In this document: piece by piece, positions 49,085 through 62,477 of the stretch
Layout of the letters: each line of letters opens with the position of its first letter
Numbering within the stretch: position 1 is the stretch's first letter
Origin: Malacoraja senta
Taxonomy: Eukaryota
Direction of reading: 5' to 3'
Assembly (NCBI GenBank): GCA_038087875.1
Contig: CM075988.1
Span: 13,766,001-13,830,000 of the forward strand
Length of the DNA: 64,000 bases
Notes under the pieces: generated by a model
Seen by the model: the letters and a program-made list of their open reading frames with translations, nothing else
Told to the model about the DNA's origin: nothing
Database searches by the model: none
Program-made: the position numbers and the translations under genes

Positions 49085-49435
49085 ATAAAATGAGTTGTTA
49101 ACCCTGTCCTGAGCTTGAAACTGAAATGGCAGTGAAAATGAAATGAGTTATTGGGCCTGCCCTGTGCTTGAAACTGAAATGGCAATGGAAATGAAATGAA
49201 ATTAAAATGAGATGAGTTGTTTGGCTTGCCCTGTGCTTGAAACTGAAATGGCAATGGAAATGAAATGAAATGAAAATGAAATGAGTTATTGGGCCTGCCC
49301 TGTGCTTGAAAGTGAAATGGCAATGGAAATGAAATGTAATGAAATGAAAACAAAATGAGTTGTTTGGCCTGCCTTGTGCTTGAAACTAAAATGGCAATGG
49401 AAATGAAATGAAATGAGTTGTTTGGCCTGCCTGAA
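49085..49435. repeat. ~60-65-bp minisatellite with (GAAAT)n, about 5.5 units
   Basis: gagttgtttggcctgccctgtgcttgaaactgaaatggcaatggaaatgaaat. Confidence 0.9.
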
Positions 49436-49839
49436 ACCACTCATTTCAGACACAAGGCCCCTATTAGCCGAGAAACCAGTCCCTTTTGCCCAAAGGCCCT
49501 GCCAGGTCAGGAAAATTCCAGAAAAAGTGCCTTTCACTCAGATTTTTGAGATTTCACTCATTTTTTTAAAGTCTCTTCAGCCCATCTGGCATGTCCTAGC
49601 CCAGGAGGAGTCCCTTCGGCCCATCAGTAAGTATTCCCCCTGCAAATATTAAACCTCACCCCAGTATTTTTCTCCCTCCCTTCATTGGCTCCCTGTGAGA
49701 TCTAGGCCAGGATAGACTTTCCTCCTTCATTGCTGTGATCTGTAGAAATGGATGAAAATGTCTAAAATTGATTCTCCATCCCCTCCCCCTTCTCTCACAG
49801 AGTCTCTCACCTGTTTTGGGTAGAATTTCTGGCAGTGTC

Positions 49840-50058
49840 TGAGCTGCCAGCCCACCAGGCCTGATTGACCTAGCTGCCAGCCAACCAGGCCCGAATGACT
49901 GCCAGTGCACCAGGCCCGAGTGACTGAGCTGCCAGCCCACCAGGCCTGAGTGACTGAGCTGCCAGCCCACCAGGCCTTAGTGACTGAGCTGCCAGCCCAC
50001 CAGGCCTGAGTGACTGATCTGCCAACCGACCAGGCCTAAGTGACTGAGCTGCCAGCCC
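49840..50058. repeat. 30-bp minisatellite, about 7 units
   Basis: gagtgactgagctgccagcccaccaggcct; also at 19468-19548 and 54286-54420. Confidence 0.9.
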
Positions 50059-50994
50059 AAGAATCCATTCGGCCCACAATGTCCATATTAGACCTCTGGA
50101 ACCCAGTCCCTTCGGCCCACAACACCCATACTAGCGCTCTAGAAAGACCCCCCCCCCACTGGCCACCAATATTGGAATTGGTGGAGAGGTGGAATATTGC
50201 ATTGAGGGACCAAACCTCCCGTGTGAACATGGGACCCAACGGTTCATTGAATTTTAATCAGGGCTCGGAAAAAGATTCTTTAAAGTGAAGATTTTTAAAA
50301 GTGAAGCCTATACTACAAAATAAAATGGTTGGCAGCATAAATATATCTTGATATCCATCCTGCTGAGTACATCAATGTCACAGAGGGTAGAAACAAGTCC
50401 CAGTACATTTCCAGTTATATTTCCGTGTTGTCCTAACTACATAAACTAGGAGAAAAAGCTACAATCGAATGATAGATAACTCCCTTGAAATCTCTGATTT
50501 CACAAGATGAACGAGTTATCTTTGGTGTTCAAAAGCAAAACATTATGAATGATGAAAACTGAAATAAAATGAAAACAGTGGAAATACTCAGCAGGCCAGT
50601 TAATGTCTGTGTTGAGAGTTGCAATGTTTCTGGTCGATGACCTCTCATAGTGCCTGTTTCTATGCTGTACAACTATGACTTTATCAGTGACCTTCCATTA
50701 ATGGATTATGCAAACAGAAACACAAAAATGGGGGAAATAAATCCTCTGTATCATAGACAAAATGTGGGATGTGTTAATGCATGGGTTCAAGATTCTGGTA
50801 TCAAATTCCATTCCATTGACTTCAATTTAAATGAATTTCAAAAACCCAGTTCTGCAGGCACATGTCATTCTAATGTTATATTTCAAATAACCGAAGACAT
50901 TTATAGCCAGATTGTTTAATCCATTTTACTCTTGTCAAAAATTCAATTGTAATTCTCATGTTTGGAAATGTTTTGTTCCTAAAATGTATTTGCC

Positions 50995-51290
50995 AAAAAA
51001 GACAACGTTCTGGAGTAACTCAACAGGTCAGGTAGCATCTCTGGAGGGAATGGAGGGGTAATGTTTTGGGTTGGGCCATTTCCGCAGACTTGAGTCTGAA
51101 GAAAGGTGCTGACCCTAAACGGCACCAGTATGAAAAAAATGACCTGGCTTAAACTGTCGCCTGAGTCTGAAGAAGGGTCAGAATCCAAAATGCCGCCTGT
51201 CCATTCCCTCCAGAGATGTTCCCTGACCTGTTGAGTTACTCCAGCACGTTGTGTTTCATTCAAGTTTCCAGCATCTGCAGTTCCTTGTAT
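50995..51290. mobile_element. Penelope-like terminal fragment with inverted arms and two tandem degenerate hammerhead cores
   Basis: tgagtctgaagaaaggtgctgaccctaaacg (~51092) and tgagtctgaagaagggtcagaatccaaaatg (~51162). Confidence 0.65.
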
Positions 51291-53064
51291 CTCTATTTGC
51301 CAAAGAAACACATAGCATCAGTATTGAATGAACATCACACAAACTTACATCGGTTTTTTGTCTTCAACCTAATGGTCTGATTTACAGCAAAGGTTGCAGT
51401 ACAGTTCAAAAGCATTTTAAGTTGGCAGTTGGACAAGGTGCACATATTCAGGTAGACAAAGGCCTACTTATTTGATTGTGAGTGCTGTGGGGCATTCTGA
51501 CACAGTGGCTAACAGGAGAATCGGTTAACAATCAGCAAATACCTGTAACTCAAGTTGACTATTGATTTCAAGAAATAAAAATTAGGGGACATTAATCATT
51601 GTGGTTAAGCATGGGGTTAAATATGCGGTATTTTATTTCTTGCCTTCACTGGTAATTTTGTGGGCACCCATGGCAGTTATCTGAATTAGGCAGGCTAAAA
51701 AACCTGACCCACACATCTCCTTTAAACTTTGCCTTGCTCAAGCTATGCCTTTCAGTATAAATAACCTATGCCTTCTAGTATAATAACCTATGCCTGTCAT
51801 AATGTTATACACTTCTATCTGGTTGCCATACAATCTCTGGCGTTCCAGAGAATACAATCCAAGTTTGTTCAAACTCTCTGTGCAGCTAATACCTTCTAAT
51901 CCAGGCATGATTCTAATAAACCTCCTTCACACATTTTCAATATTGTGATATGTTACAGGATATTGTGCTAATGACATCTGCTCCTAAGATTTGTATTTGC
52001 AGCTTGGCTACAACACAACATTAAATTTACTAAAGATCTCAATGTGGGAGGCCTAGAGGATGGGCTTTTTTCAGAACAAAGTCTGGATATTATTTTGTTT
52101 TTATTATGATTTCAGCATTGGGAAATGAATCATTTTTCACAACGCCATCAATGAATGCCTGGGCAATGCAGGTCAGCATTAGAAAAATATTTCTAGATAC
52201 TACCTTAACATATCTCTATATGAAATTAAGCTCCATATTCTGCTGAAAGATCATTAATTAAAATTTTGATTATATTTCTCTCCCAACAAATGCAGTCTGA
52301 CTTGGCATGGGTTCCTAATATTTTCCAAATTGCAGTTTTTCAGCTGTATTTTGCTGTAACCATTTCCTGATTTAGCACGTGTTGTCTTGTTTCTGAATGA
52401 AGCTGACAATTCGGTACCAGGTCAGGAATAACTGTCGGGTGGGAATTAATGCATAATGGGAACGGAATTAAGAAGGTTCAGCTAACCATCATCGAGAACA
52501 ACTGTTCTCTATCTGCCTATCAATGGGAGAACCTACTTTGACTTTAACCATACTTCTCCACCCATTCTCATTTCCTCTTCACTTTAAGTGAATGGACATG
52601 CAGTATACCTAGAACATATACAGTGACCTGACCAGTGTATGTATATATAACCAGTGTGTATATATGTCTGTGTATATCTATACAACTAAAAGTCTCATCT
52701 TGACCACTCCCTGTCTGCACTGTATATTGATTTTAGAAAAAACACTACCCTATTTCGCTATGATTTTTGGCCATCTTACTCACAGTCCTCCTCCGCTGCG
52801 GTAGCCTCAAGGATTTTTCCGATCGAAGAAAAATAAAAATGTTATGAATGTTAAAAAAATCTTGAGATCAGCTGATTGGTCCTCTCGCCTGTCAATCACC
52901 ATGATGAATGTAACGCCCCTTTCGTGGGACGGGGGGCAGGACTATAAAACCTAGATGTGAGAGTCACTCTGGAGGATCGCGAGGGAGGGGCCACAAACGT
53001 GATTCTTCTGTTAGTCAACTGCAATACACTTGCAAAAAATGATTTGTTAGCCCTTAATGAAAAT

Positions 53065-53850
53065 GAAATGTTGTTTAGCCTGCCCTGTGCTTGAAACTGA
53101 AATGGCAATGGAAATGAAATGAAATGAAAATGAGATGAGGTGTTTGGCCTGCCCTGTGCTTCAAACTGAAATGGCAATAGAAATGAAATGAAATGAAAAT
53201 GAGATGAGTTGTTTGGCCTGCCCTGTGCTTGAAACTGAAATGGCAATGGAAATGAAATGAAATGAAATGAAAATGAAATGAGTTGTTTGGCCTGCCCTGT
53301 GCTTGAAACTGAAATGGCAATGGAAATGAAATGAAATGAAATGACAATGAAATGAGTTGTTTGGCCTGCCCTGCGCTTCAAACTGAAATGGCAATGGAAA
53401 TGAAATGAAATTAAAATGAAATGAGTTGTTTGGCCTGCCCTGTGCTTGAAACTGAAATGGCAATGGAAATGAAACAAAATGAAAATGAGTTGTTTGGCCT
53501 GCCCTGTGCTTGAAACTGAAATGGCAATGGAAATGAAATGAAATGACATGAAAATGAAATGAGTTGTTTGGCCTGCCCTGTGCTTGAAACTGAAATGGCA
53601 ATGGAAATGAAATGAAATAAGTTGTTTGGCCTGGTACACAAAAATGCTGGAGAAACTCAGCGGGTGCAGCAGCATCTATGGAGCGAAGGAAATAGGTAAC
53701 GTTTCGGCCCGAAACGTTACCTATTTCCTTCGCTCCATAGATGCTGCTGCACCCGCTGAGTTTCTCCAGCATTTTTGTGTACCTTCGATTTTCCAGCATC
53801 TGCAGTTCCTTCTTTAACAATAAGTTGTTTGGCCTGCCTGAAATGACTCA
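53065..53850. repeat. ~60-65-bp minisatellite, about 10 units
   Basis: Same unit as 49085-49435, expanded. Confidence 0.9.
53634..53818. mobile_element. Young Penelope-like terminal insert forming a perfect palindrome, with 18-bp TSD
   Basis: 75-bp arms 53633-53707 and 53709-53783; AATAAGTTGTTTGGCCTG at 53616-53633 and 53819-53836. Confidence 0.88.
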
Positions 53851-56800
53851 TTTCGGCCCACAAGGCCCCTATTAGCCGAGAATCCAGTCCCTTTTGCCCA
53901 AAATGCCCGTATTAGCCCAGGAAGAGCATTTTGGCACAAAAGGCCTGTGCCAGGCCAGAAAAAGTCCAGAAAAAGGGCCTTTCACTGAGATTACACTCAG
54001 ATTTTTTTTTAAAGAGTCCCTTCAGCCTATCAAGCCTGTACAAGCCCAGGAGGAGTCCCTTCGGCCCATCAGTAAGTATTCCCCCCTGCAAGTATTAAAT
54101 CTCACCCCAGTATCTCCCTCCCTTCATTGGCTCCCTTTGAGATCCAGACAAGTATAGACTTTCCTCCTTCATTGCTGTGATCTGCAGAAATAGATGAAAA
54201 ATGTCTAACATTGATTCTCCACCCTCTCCCACTTCTCTCTCACAGAGTCTCTCACCCCTGTTTTGGGCAGATTTCTGGCAGTTTCTGAGCTGCCAGGCCA
54301 CCAGCCCTGAGTGACTGAGCTGCCAGCCCACCAGGCCTGTGTGACTGAGCGGCCAGCCCACCAGGCCTGAGTGACTGTGCTGCCAGCCCACCAGGCCTGA
54401 GTGACTGAGCTGCCAGCCCAAGAATCCATTCCGCCCACAATGTCCATCCTAGCTCTCTGGAAACCAGTGCCTTCGGCCCACAACACCCATACTAGCACTC
54501 CAGAACCCCCCCCCCCCTCCCATTGGCCACCAATATTGCAATTGGTGGAGAGGTGGAATATTGCGTTGGGGGATCAGCCTTCAAGTGTGAACATCGGACC
54601 CACCGGGTCCCACTTAGTCTAGTTTAACAATAAAACACTCTTGACTCTTGTCTCTTGTCCTGTATGGATACACCATTCCATTGACATATCCTACATTCTG
54701 AAAAACATGATTTAATATTCTTACCTATTTGGAGGAATACCTTCAATCTATTTGCTTAAATGACTCATTGAATTAATAAAAAATAATAGTACAAATACTA
54801 ACGGACAAGATAAATATGATTAATAAATCTAATGGGAATTTTTCCAGAACCGAGCGCAATAATATGAATGGAAGTCAATAATCTAGTCTGAATAACTCAT
54901 CATAATATTTCAATAAATTTCATGAAGTAAGTGAGTCTTCAAGAAATAGTAACACATGTTGAGAAATTCAAACACTAAGTATTTAAACAGTTTGGTTTAA
55001 TGTTTTATATAATTTGTTGTAACTATTTGTACATAATCTGCTCTATTACCTCACATTTAAAAATCACATCGACTGTGCAACGACACACCTTTTACAATGT
55101 GATAGAGAAATGCATCTAAAATCTGAATCTAGCCACTGTCCATATGCTGCTCAGTCTAAAAGAATTTGGATGGATATTGCCACTACATAATAAGAAATGT
55201 TATTCAACACCCAGCATTAGGGTTTGTCATATACTTCATTAATATCATCCCAAATTAAAGTTCAATTGGTTCTGACATAGGATTGATTATAATCCATCTT
55301 TTATAAATTTGTGTTAAAAATGTCATTACCTAAAGTGAAGGACCAAGTCAAGTTAATTAATTAATGTGATAAGCCAGACAATCACATTGTGATTTTCAGT
55401 TTCTGGATGGAGTCATGAGATTGATTTAACCTGCATGTTAAGCACTTTCACGAATCTTATACATATGGCCCTGTAGACTTTTCAAAACTGAGGCTGGAAA
55501 TTGCTAAGAACTGGACATATCAAATCAAGTAAGATTTTCATCAGCAGGGCTAATGATCGCATAGAATTTCACTGTTTTACCAGTATACAACAGAATATGT
55601 TGCTTGCGATAAATATTATTCCATTGTACAGCAACTGGAGAGCACTAATCCGTTCCCAAAGTTAGTAACAAGTCTTATCAATCAATTCTTGGGCGGTTAT
55701 AATCTGTTCCTGGTTGAAATCCAGGCATAATCAATCAAACTGATGCGTACTGTCATCAGAACCCTGTCACAGTTCTGTAATACTGCCAACAGGATTAAAA
55801 AAGCAGCAGAAATCAATAATAGGTTTACTGATGAAGAAGTCAAATGAACTACTTTATGGAGAACAAATGAGGTTTCATTTCTCGACTGATATTTTTGGAA
55901 ATGTGGCTAAACAGAAGATGTACAAAGAATAAATGCCTTCCTTTCCTGGACATTGCTGGAGAGGCAGTTTCATTCCATTATCCTCTGATTTATATACTGT
56001 GATCTTAGTGCATCTAAGAAAGAGAATGAAACAACAGGTTAAAAAGGAGGATATCATACTAAATGGATATATGCAGCTTATGAGTTGCATAACACACCAA
56101 GACAACCCTCCCTCGTGTAATTCATTTTCAACAGTTCCCAATCTTTCTTCCATTAGATCGTGTAAATACACACAGCAACAATCCTATGTATTAAGGATTG
56201 AAACAATAGTCTTTGTGTTTGATTACATGCAACAAAATTAAATCTTCTTTCAGATTGTGAATGCTCAGATCCCAAGAGTTTGGAGAATTAGCCTTACAAT
56301 TTTTTATCCATGGGATGACCAGTTAAAAGGCTAGGACTTTGCATATGAGGAACTGTTTCCTTTTAGCATGCAAGCCTTTGCTTTCCATGAACCAAACTTC
56401 TTCTGAATGATTAGGGAGGTAACCTTGGGGCAAACTATGAATACATGAAGCGTAGAAAACCTCAGTAAATGGAAGATCACTTGTATATTCAGCATCTCTT
56501 TGATGGCAATGTAAAAGCGCATACCAGCAGATCCAGCTGGGCAGAAGCCTGGCAGCACCAAACACTCACAAGCCATAGAACCTGAGAAATTCATTCCATT
56601 TAAGGGCACAGCAAAATATCCCAACAGCAGTGAGAGATTTGAGCACTTATTCCACTTGGAGACGTTAGTTGATGGCTAATTCTTGTCAAGAGCTTGCCAA
56701 CTTTATCAAGTGCATTGCCACTGTTCAACCACCAGCAAAGTAATCACTGTAGTACTCACGTGGAGTGCTACTATCCTGCCACTAATCAGGTAATGCAATC

Positions 56801-56917
56801 TCTATCAGGGATACAGGGGTGTAGATGAGAATTAAAAGCTGGCTTAATAAAACCCAGAACTCATAGATTTGATTGTCTAATTATTTAAATACGTCCCACT
56901 TAGGAGAGGTGCTTTCC

Positions 56918-59900
56918 ATTTTACTTCGGAGTCACGTTAGTGACTACGTGAAGACCCATCAGGGCACATGCGCGTCATTACGTCGGTCGCATTGGCGCAC
57001 GGACAGCGGGAGGACAGAGCTCCTCCCGTGGTAAGTATTTTAGAGCATTTTTAAAGAGTTTTAAAGCTCCAGCTAAGTGAGAAACTTAGTTGGAGTAAAA
57101 CAGTTTCCTTTACTGTGGTGCTGTGCTCTGTGTTTTGTCACAGGCAGCACCATGGTGAAGACGAGCAGGGGAGGACAGAGCTCCTCCTGTAGCAAGTACT
57201 TTTAAAGTACTTTTATAGTTTTAAAGCTCCAGCTAAGTGGGGAACTTAGCTGGAGGGGAACGATTCTTTTTTGTGGTGCTTTGTGTTTTTTGTTACAGGC
57301 AGCACCATGATGAAGACGACCAAGGGGAGAGCAGCCGCAGGTAAAGCATAGGAGAGCCGCGGGAATGCGATCTGTGAGCGGCTGCCTCGTACCCCTGCAC
57401 AGTCGCCGACCGGGAGCGGGGCGACTTCAGACTTAGTGCTAAAAAGCACCAAAGCCAACGCCTGTCGGGCGTTAGGCACGGGGAAGTCTGGGAGGCCCTC
57501 GGACTCAACGAAGTTGGGCCACAACAAGCCTGTACTGGGCTGGAGACGTTTTAAAACGGTTCTCACAAATGGAGCACCTCATCCAGAGGTTGCTCCAGAA
57601 ACGCACACTCTGGGGGGAGAGTTGTGTGGGTGGTAGGCTGCAGAAAGGCCACGCCGGCAGCACCTGGTAGAGGGCTGCTTAAAGCACCCTCATGCATGAG
57701 GTGAGTGCAGAGTGTCAGCTAAGTTCTGACCCCGACTTTGACGTAGACTTGGAAATTAGCGATGAACGGCCATTGTCAGAGGTCCATTCTCTGGCAGCAC
57801 GATTCGCTGTCCCGTCAGAGTATGGAGTGCCACTGGGAGAAGAGCTGGCCTCCACGATATAGAGGCTGCTGGATAGCACCCTCATTTAAAAGGTGCTTGC
57901 AGAGGGTCAGCTCAGTTCTGACCCGACTCTGACAGAGACTTTGTTGACTAGCGAAGGACGGCCGTTGTCAGAGGTTCATTCTCTGGCAGCACGATTCGCT
58001 GTCCCCTCAGAGTATGGAGTGCCACTGGGAAAGCGAAGACGGCCGTTGTCAGAGTTCCCATCTCTGGCAGTACGATTCGCTGTCCAGTCAGAGGCTGGAA
58101 TCACCAAGAGACCGGGGTAACTGTGAGTTGCTGAAGGTGCCAACAGTGAACCGGGTGATATGGAGCCAGATAGGCGTGGGCGTGCAGTGCCCAGGAGAAG
58201 AAGCTGCAGAGAATCCTGAAATTACTTGGCTCAGGAATCACAGTGTTCGCGAGAACGGTGGATGGAGGGCATGTGTCGGAGACATATCAAGAGGTACTAG
58301 GGTTGCTTTGTAGCACCCATTTTTGAGATAAATTGTCTCAGGGAAAGTGCCATTCGGCCCACCATTAATTCCAAGATTGCAGTATTTTTCCAGCCTAGCA
58401 ACATACAGCCGGCAAACCTACTCTTCGGAGAGGACCTCGCCAAGAGTGTCAAGGACATGGATGACGAGGCAAAGACGGTGGGCTTGATCAAGCCACCGGC
58501 AGTCGGCAAGTTTCCAAAAAAGAAAGTACCCCTACAAACGAAGCGGGAACATGGACAAACATCCACCAGGTACCAAGGAGGTAGGTGGGCCTGGTTCTCA
58601 GGTGCACATATCAAATGTGACACAACTTAAACTGGGGTACATTACATCTGTTTCTGGGATGAATGGAAGCAAATTACCTTAGCTCTGTTTATACAGAGTG
58701 TTATTCAAAGGTTTCGAATAGATTTCAATCCAAATTGTGATTTACACATTCAACATGTTCTTGGGAGAACTATTCAGTTTTCATTAACAGAACAGACGGA
58801 TGTTCAGACTGCGCTTGCAAGCTTATGTGATAAAGGTGTAATGGTAAAGTTGGTTCACCAACCCCATCAATTTGTGTCTAATATTTTCCCAGGACAAAAA
58901 AGGATGGGGGATGTAGTATAGACATTGTAAGATGGAATTGTCACTGCCAAGCAACTGGGTCAAGAGGATGCTATATGGCGACTATAGACCTTAAAGATGA
59001 GTATTACTCAATGTCTGTTTATTTGCAGGATAAGGATATTTGAAATTCACCTGGATGGATCAACTATGGCAACAAAATTGTTAAAAACCTATAATAGGCA
59101 TGCTGAGAGGCCAGGGTCAGATGCTCATGGCTTATCTCGATGATATCTAGATTACAGGGGTATCCAAGAGAACAGCTGAAGTAACAGGTGAAAGTTGTTA
59201 AATCCAATTTTCAAAGATCGGGCATTACTCATCCAGAGGAATCCAAATTAACACCTGGCTATTTGGGTCACAATTGATTCAATTAAGTGACTCTGCCCAG
59301 GGAAAAAGGGTAGAGCTAATTGACAGGTGTATCAAGCTAATGGAGGCATTAAGGATACATTCGGAACATTATAATAGTCCTATGCAGTTATCAGTAAAGG
59401 CTATTTCTGATTTGCAATGGTGGACTCACCATGTGTCCAGAAGTTATAGCAAGGTAATGCTTGACCAGCCTTCCATGATTTTGCAGATGAATGTCAGTGC
59501 ACTCGGGTGGGGTGTCACGGATACGAGTTTCAGCTGTGGAGGCAGATGGACTGAGCAAGAGGCATTGCTTCTGCAGACATGGGCAATTAACTATTAAGAG
59601 GCTTATTGCTCTCACAAATGTAATCTGCATGTTCAGTTTCAGATTGACAATACTACGCAAGTGGCATATATATTAATCACATCGGTGGAATCAAGTCGGT
59701 ATTTTGTGACAGATTGGCTAATCACATTTGGGCCTGGTGCATTGAAAAAGATATTTCAGCTATTTATCTACCAGGTAGATTCTACATAGTAGCAGACGCC
59801 AAGTCACGAAAGTTCCATGACAACATAGATTGGATGTGGAACCAGGAGGTGTTCAATAATATAGTACTTATATATGAATGCCAGATATCGATTTGTTTTG

Positions 59901-61704
59901 CATCAAGGTTCAACCATCAGCAGCCTAAATAGGTTTCATGGGAACCAGACAAGGTGGCAGTTGCAATTGATACTTTGACGTTACATTGAGGTGGTATGTT
60001 TTATATATTTTCCTACCATTTTGCCTAATAGGTCGGAGTCTGCAAGAAATCAAGCACGATGCCGCTTTGGGGGTGCTTGTAATACCTAATTGGCCAAATC
60101 AAGCATGGTTCCTTTTGATGTTACAGTTAGGGATCCAACCTCTTTTTGGTGGTTCCCAAGCGTAGGAATTGACTGGAGCATCCGCTAACACGGGAAAGTC
60201 ATCTGTTATGTGATCGTATTGACTTGTTAATTTGCAGGTTTTAAGAAGGCCATACCTGGAGCAAGGACTGGCTGGGTGAACGGTGGACATGCTCACTGTA
60301 GACTGGAGAAAGAGTACTCAAAAGGGGTACTTATGTAAAAAAATGGGTGCAATATTGTGTACAAAATAATATTGACTATAGTACTGCAAGGTATTGTGGA
60401 TATTTTATAGTTCCTGTTGACACTCTACGATGATGAGGGGCTCAGTTATAGCACCATTAATGCAGCTTTAAGTGCTTTGTCATTATATGGTTTTGATGGG
60501 GTCAGGAAAGATCCTATTGAGTTTCATCATATCATAGCTGGATTGATGAATGGAATTTCAACTCTAAACCTCCTAAACCCAGGTATATGGCGATCTGCGA
60601 TGTAAGTGTGGTCCTCAAGATGCTTCGACAGTAGGTTCCTGTCATGTCTCTGAATTTGCCAAACTAATCATGAAAGTGGTTATGCTCATGGCATTGGTTC
60701 AGCATAGCAAGTGCAGATTTTGCAAAAACTTCTGCTCGACAGGATGGAAGTTGCTGAAGAGAATGTTATGTTATATAATTGCGTCCTGCTTAAGCAGAGC
60801 AGGCCAGGTGTCACAGGTTTGTTAAAATTGTGTTTCAGCATAACCTACTGATCCATGTTTATGTGTAATGGCACATTTATATTGAAGCTATAAAGACCTT
60901 AAGAAATGTGGAAACAGCATTGTTTATCAGTTACATGAAGCCACACAGGAGAGTGTCAGTGCAGACTATCTCAAGGTGGTTTAAAGCAAATGTTGATTAA
61001 GGCAGGTATTAACACTGAAGTGTATATATCCTTTTCCCCCTAGTGCAGCAGCAACGTCGTCGGCTAGGGCGATGGATGTTCACAGCGGCCATATTCTTAC
61101 AGGTGCCGGGTGGTCAAATGAATTTTTTTTACTATCGGCTGATTGCCGATCGGCGAGAGGCTGTTTGCAAATTCAGGATTAAGTCATGTTTAGTTTCCCC
61201 TGGGATACAGGGGTTACTGGTTGTTTTGATTATTCAAATCAATTGTCACTGCATGATATTCACATTTCATGTTTAACGCATTATTGATTGTTTCTCATCG
61301 AAAGTTAATCAATGCAGTGAGAAGCCGGAATTTGGATCTGCGGCATAAAATCACAGAGCTTTGAACCCTTCACGTATTCACTAACGTGACTCCGAAGTAA
61401 AATAGTAAGATTAAACGAGAACTTACCAAGTTTGAAGTTTGATCTTTATTTTATGAGGAGTTACATTGGTGATTACGTGCCTGCCACGCCCAACCCTCTC
61501 ACATAAAAAAGGTCATATGGTAGTTCTCATGTTGCTCATCTTAATATGTTACTTCAAATATTGTGTTATCTGTGATTTCATACCGCTGCTTTGAAGATTG
61601 ACGCGCATGCGCCCTGACGGGTCTTCACGTAATCACCAACGTAACTCCTCATAAAATAAAGATCAAACTTCAAACTTGGTAAGTTCTCGTTTAATCTTAC
61701 TATT
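56918..61704 (+). mobile_element. DIRS1-type tyrosine-recombinase retrotransposon, full length, ORFs decayed (copy 2)
   Basis: Collinear with copy 1: gag ~57307-58600, RT/RNase H ~58630-59830 (MAYLDDI near 59127), methyltransferase ~59830-60240, recombinase ~60250-61170. ICR 61368-61479, right ITR 61599-61704. ATT at 56918-56920 and 61702-61704. Confidence 0.95.
61368..61479 (+). repeat. DIRS ICR, copy 2
   Basis: 61368-61403 is complementary to the 5' end; 61401-61479 is complementary to 61626-61704 with one mismatch. Confidence 0.9.
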
Positions 61705-62477
61705 ATATTGCAGTAAACTGCTGGTTTTATTTTTAAAGTGCAACCTGCGTTGGTTTAACCAATAAAATCTTGTTAAATGACATGAGGATATATCAGGGAA
61801 ATTTTGACAATTGCTATAATAAAATAAGCAAAATTAATTCAGTTACAATTTAGATGCCCTTCCGGCTTTTCATTTCCAGTGACGTTCATTCAGGAATGTT
61901 ACGGGTGCCCAACCCACTATTGTTGGTGTTATGCCACTGGCATGTCAGAAACCACAATGTGTGCACTTAATGGGAGAACAGTAATATTCTAATCACACTT
62001 TTCATTCTCTCGGCATCACCACAGAAAAACCACTCGTAATTTCCAAATTTATGAACTGTATTCCTTCCTTGTTTGATTGAAGTGAATTTACCTAATAAAC
62101 TTTGCCATTTTATAAGCTAATAAAAAGAAAGGCATTATATTCTAACAAGAATATCTTCTCCTCATCTATCAGACAATCTGCTATCCAACTTAAATTTCCC
62201 ATAAAATTATATTCCCCAGGCTAGTGATAGAAAAAAATATCACACAAGAAGTTAGTGAATATACCAGTCATTATCCTAATAGCTTTACTGAAATGTCTTA
62301 AAAATCATTTTACAAAGGTGAATGGTGAAACTCAGGAATGGCCCAATTAGTAAAATGTAACCTATGAGAAGAAAAGTTCCAAAGAACTCAGGAAAATTGC
62401 ATGGTTCATTGAACATAGTTAGGCCAAAAAAAAAAGTGCAATGTCCTTTCGCTTCAGAAGACTATTTCTAAAGTATA

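Larger units (their letters stand above)
48656..50245 (+). mobile_element. Non-autonomous Helitron, 3' CTAG lost
   Basis: A|TCTATATAACTAAAAGTC start; collinear with the copy at 52677; ends within the hairpin gggacccaacgg. Confidence 0.8.
52677..54622 (+). mobile_element. Non-autonomous Helitron, complete
   Basis: A|TCTATACAACTAAAAGTC ... ggaccc-acc-gggtcc cacttagtCTAG|T; no TSD; no Rep/helicase ORF. Confidence 0.85.

Noticed and set aside
49840..50058. 30-bp repeats, and the 60-65-bp arrays, as a CRISPR array
   Set aside because: Units are contiguous with no unique spacers, there are no cas genes, and the context is eukaryotic.
52896..53820. Long ORFs of 219-259 aa rich in F, H, I and S
   Set aside because: They are translations of the (CATTT)-rich minisatellite.
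55875..56624. Cluster of 80-100-aa ORFs as an endogenous viral element or host gene
   Set aside because: No recognisable motifs, no consistent frame or strand, and no splice structure.
2421..61704. The two inverted DIRS copies as ends of one giant composite element
   Set aside because: Each has its own complete termini and ATT junctions, their flanks are unrelated, and the copies are clearly diverged.
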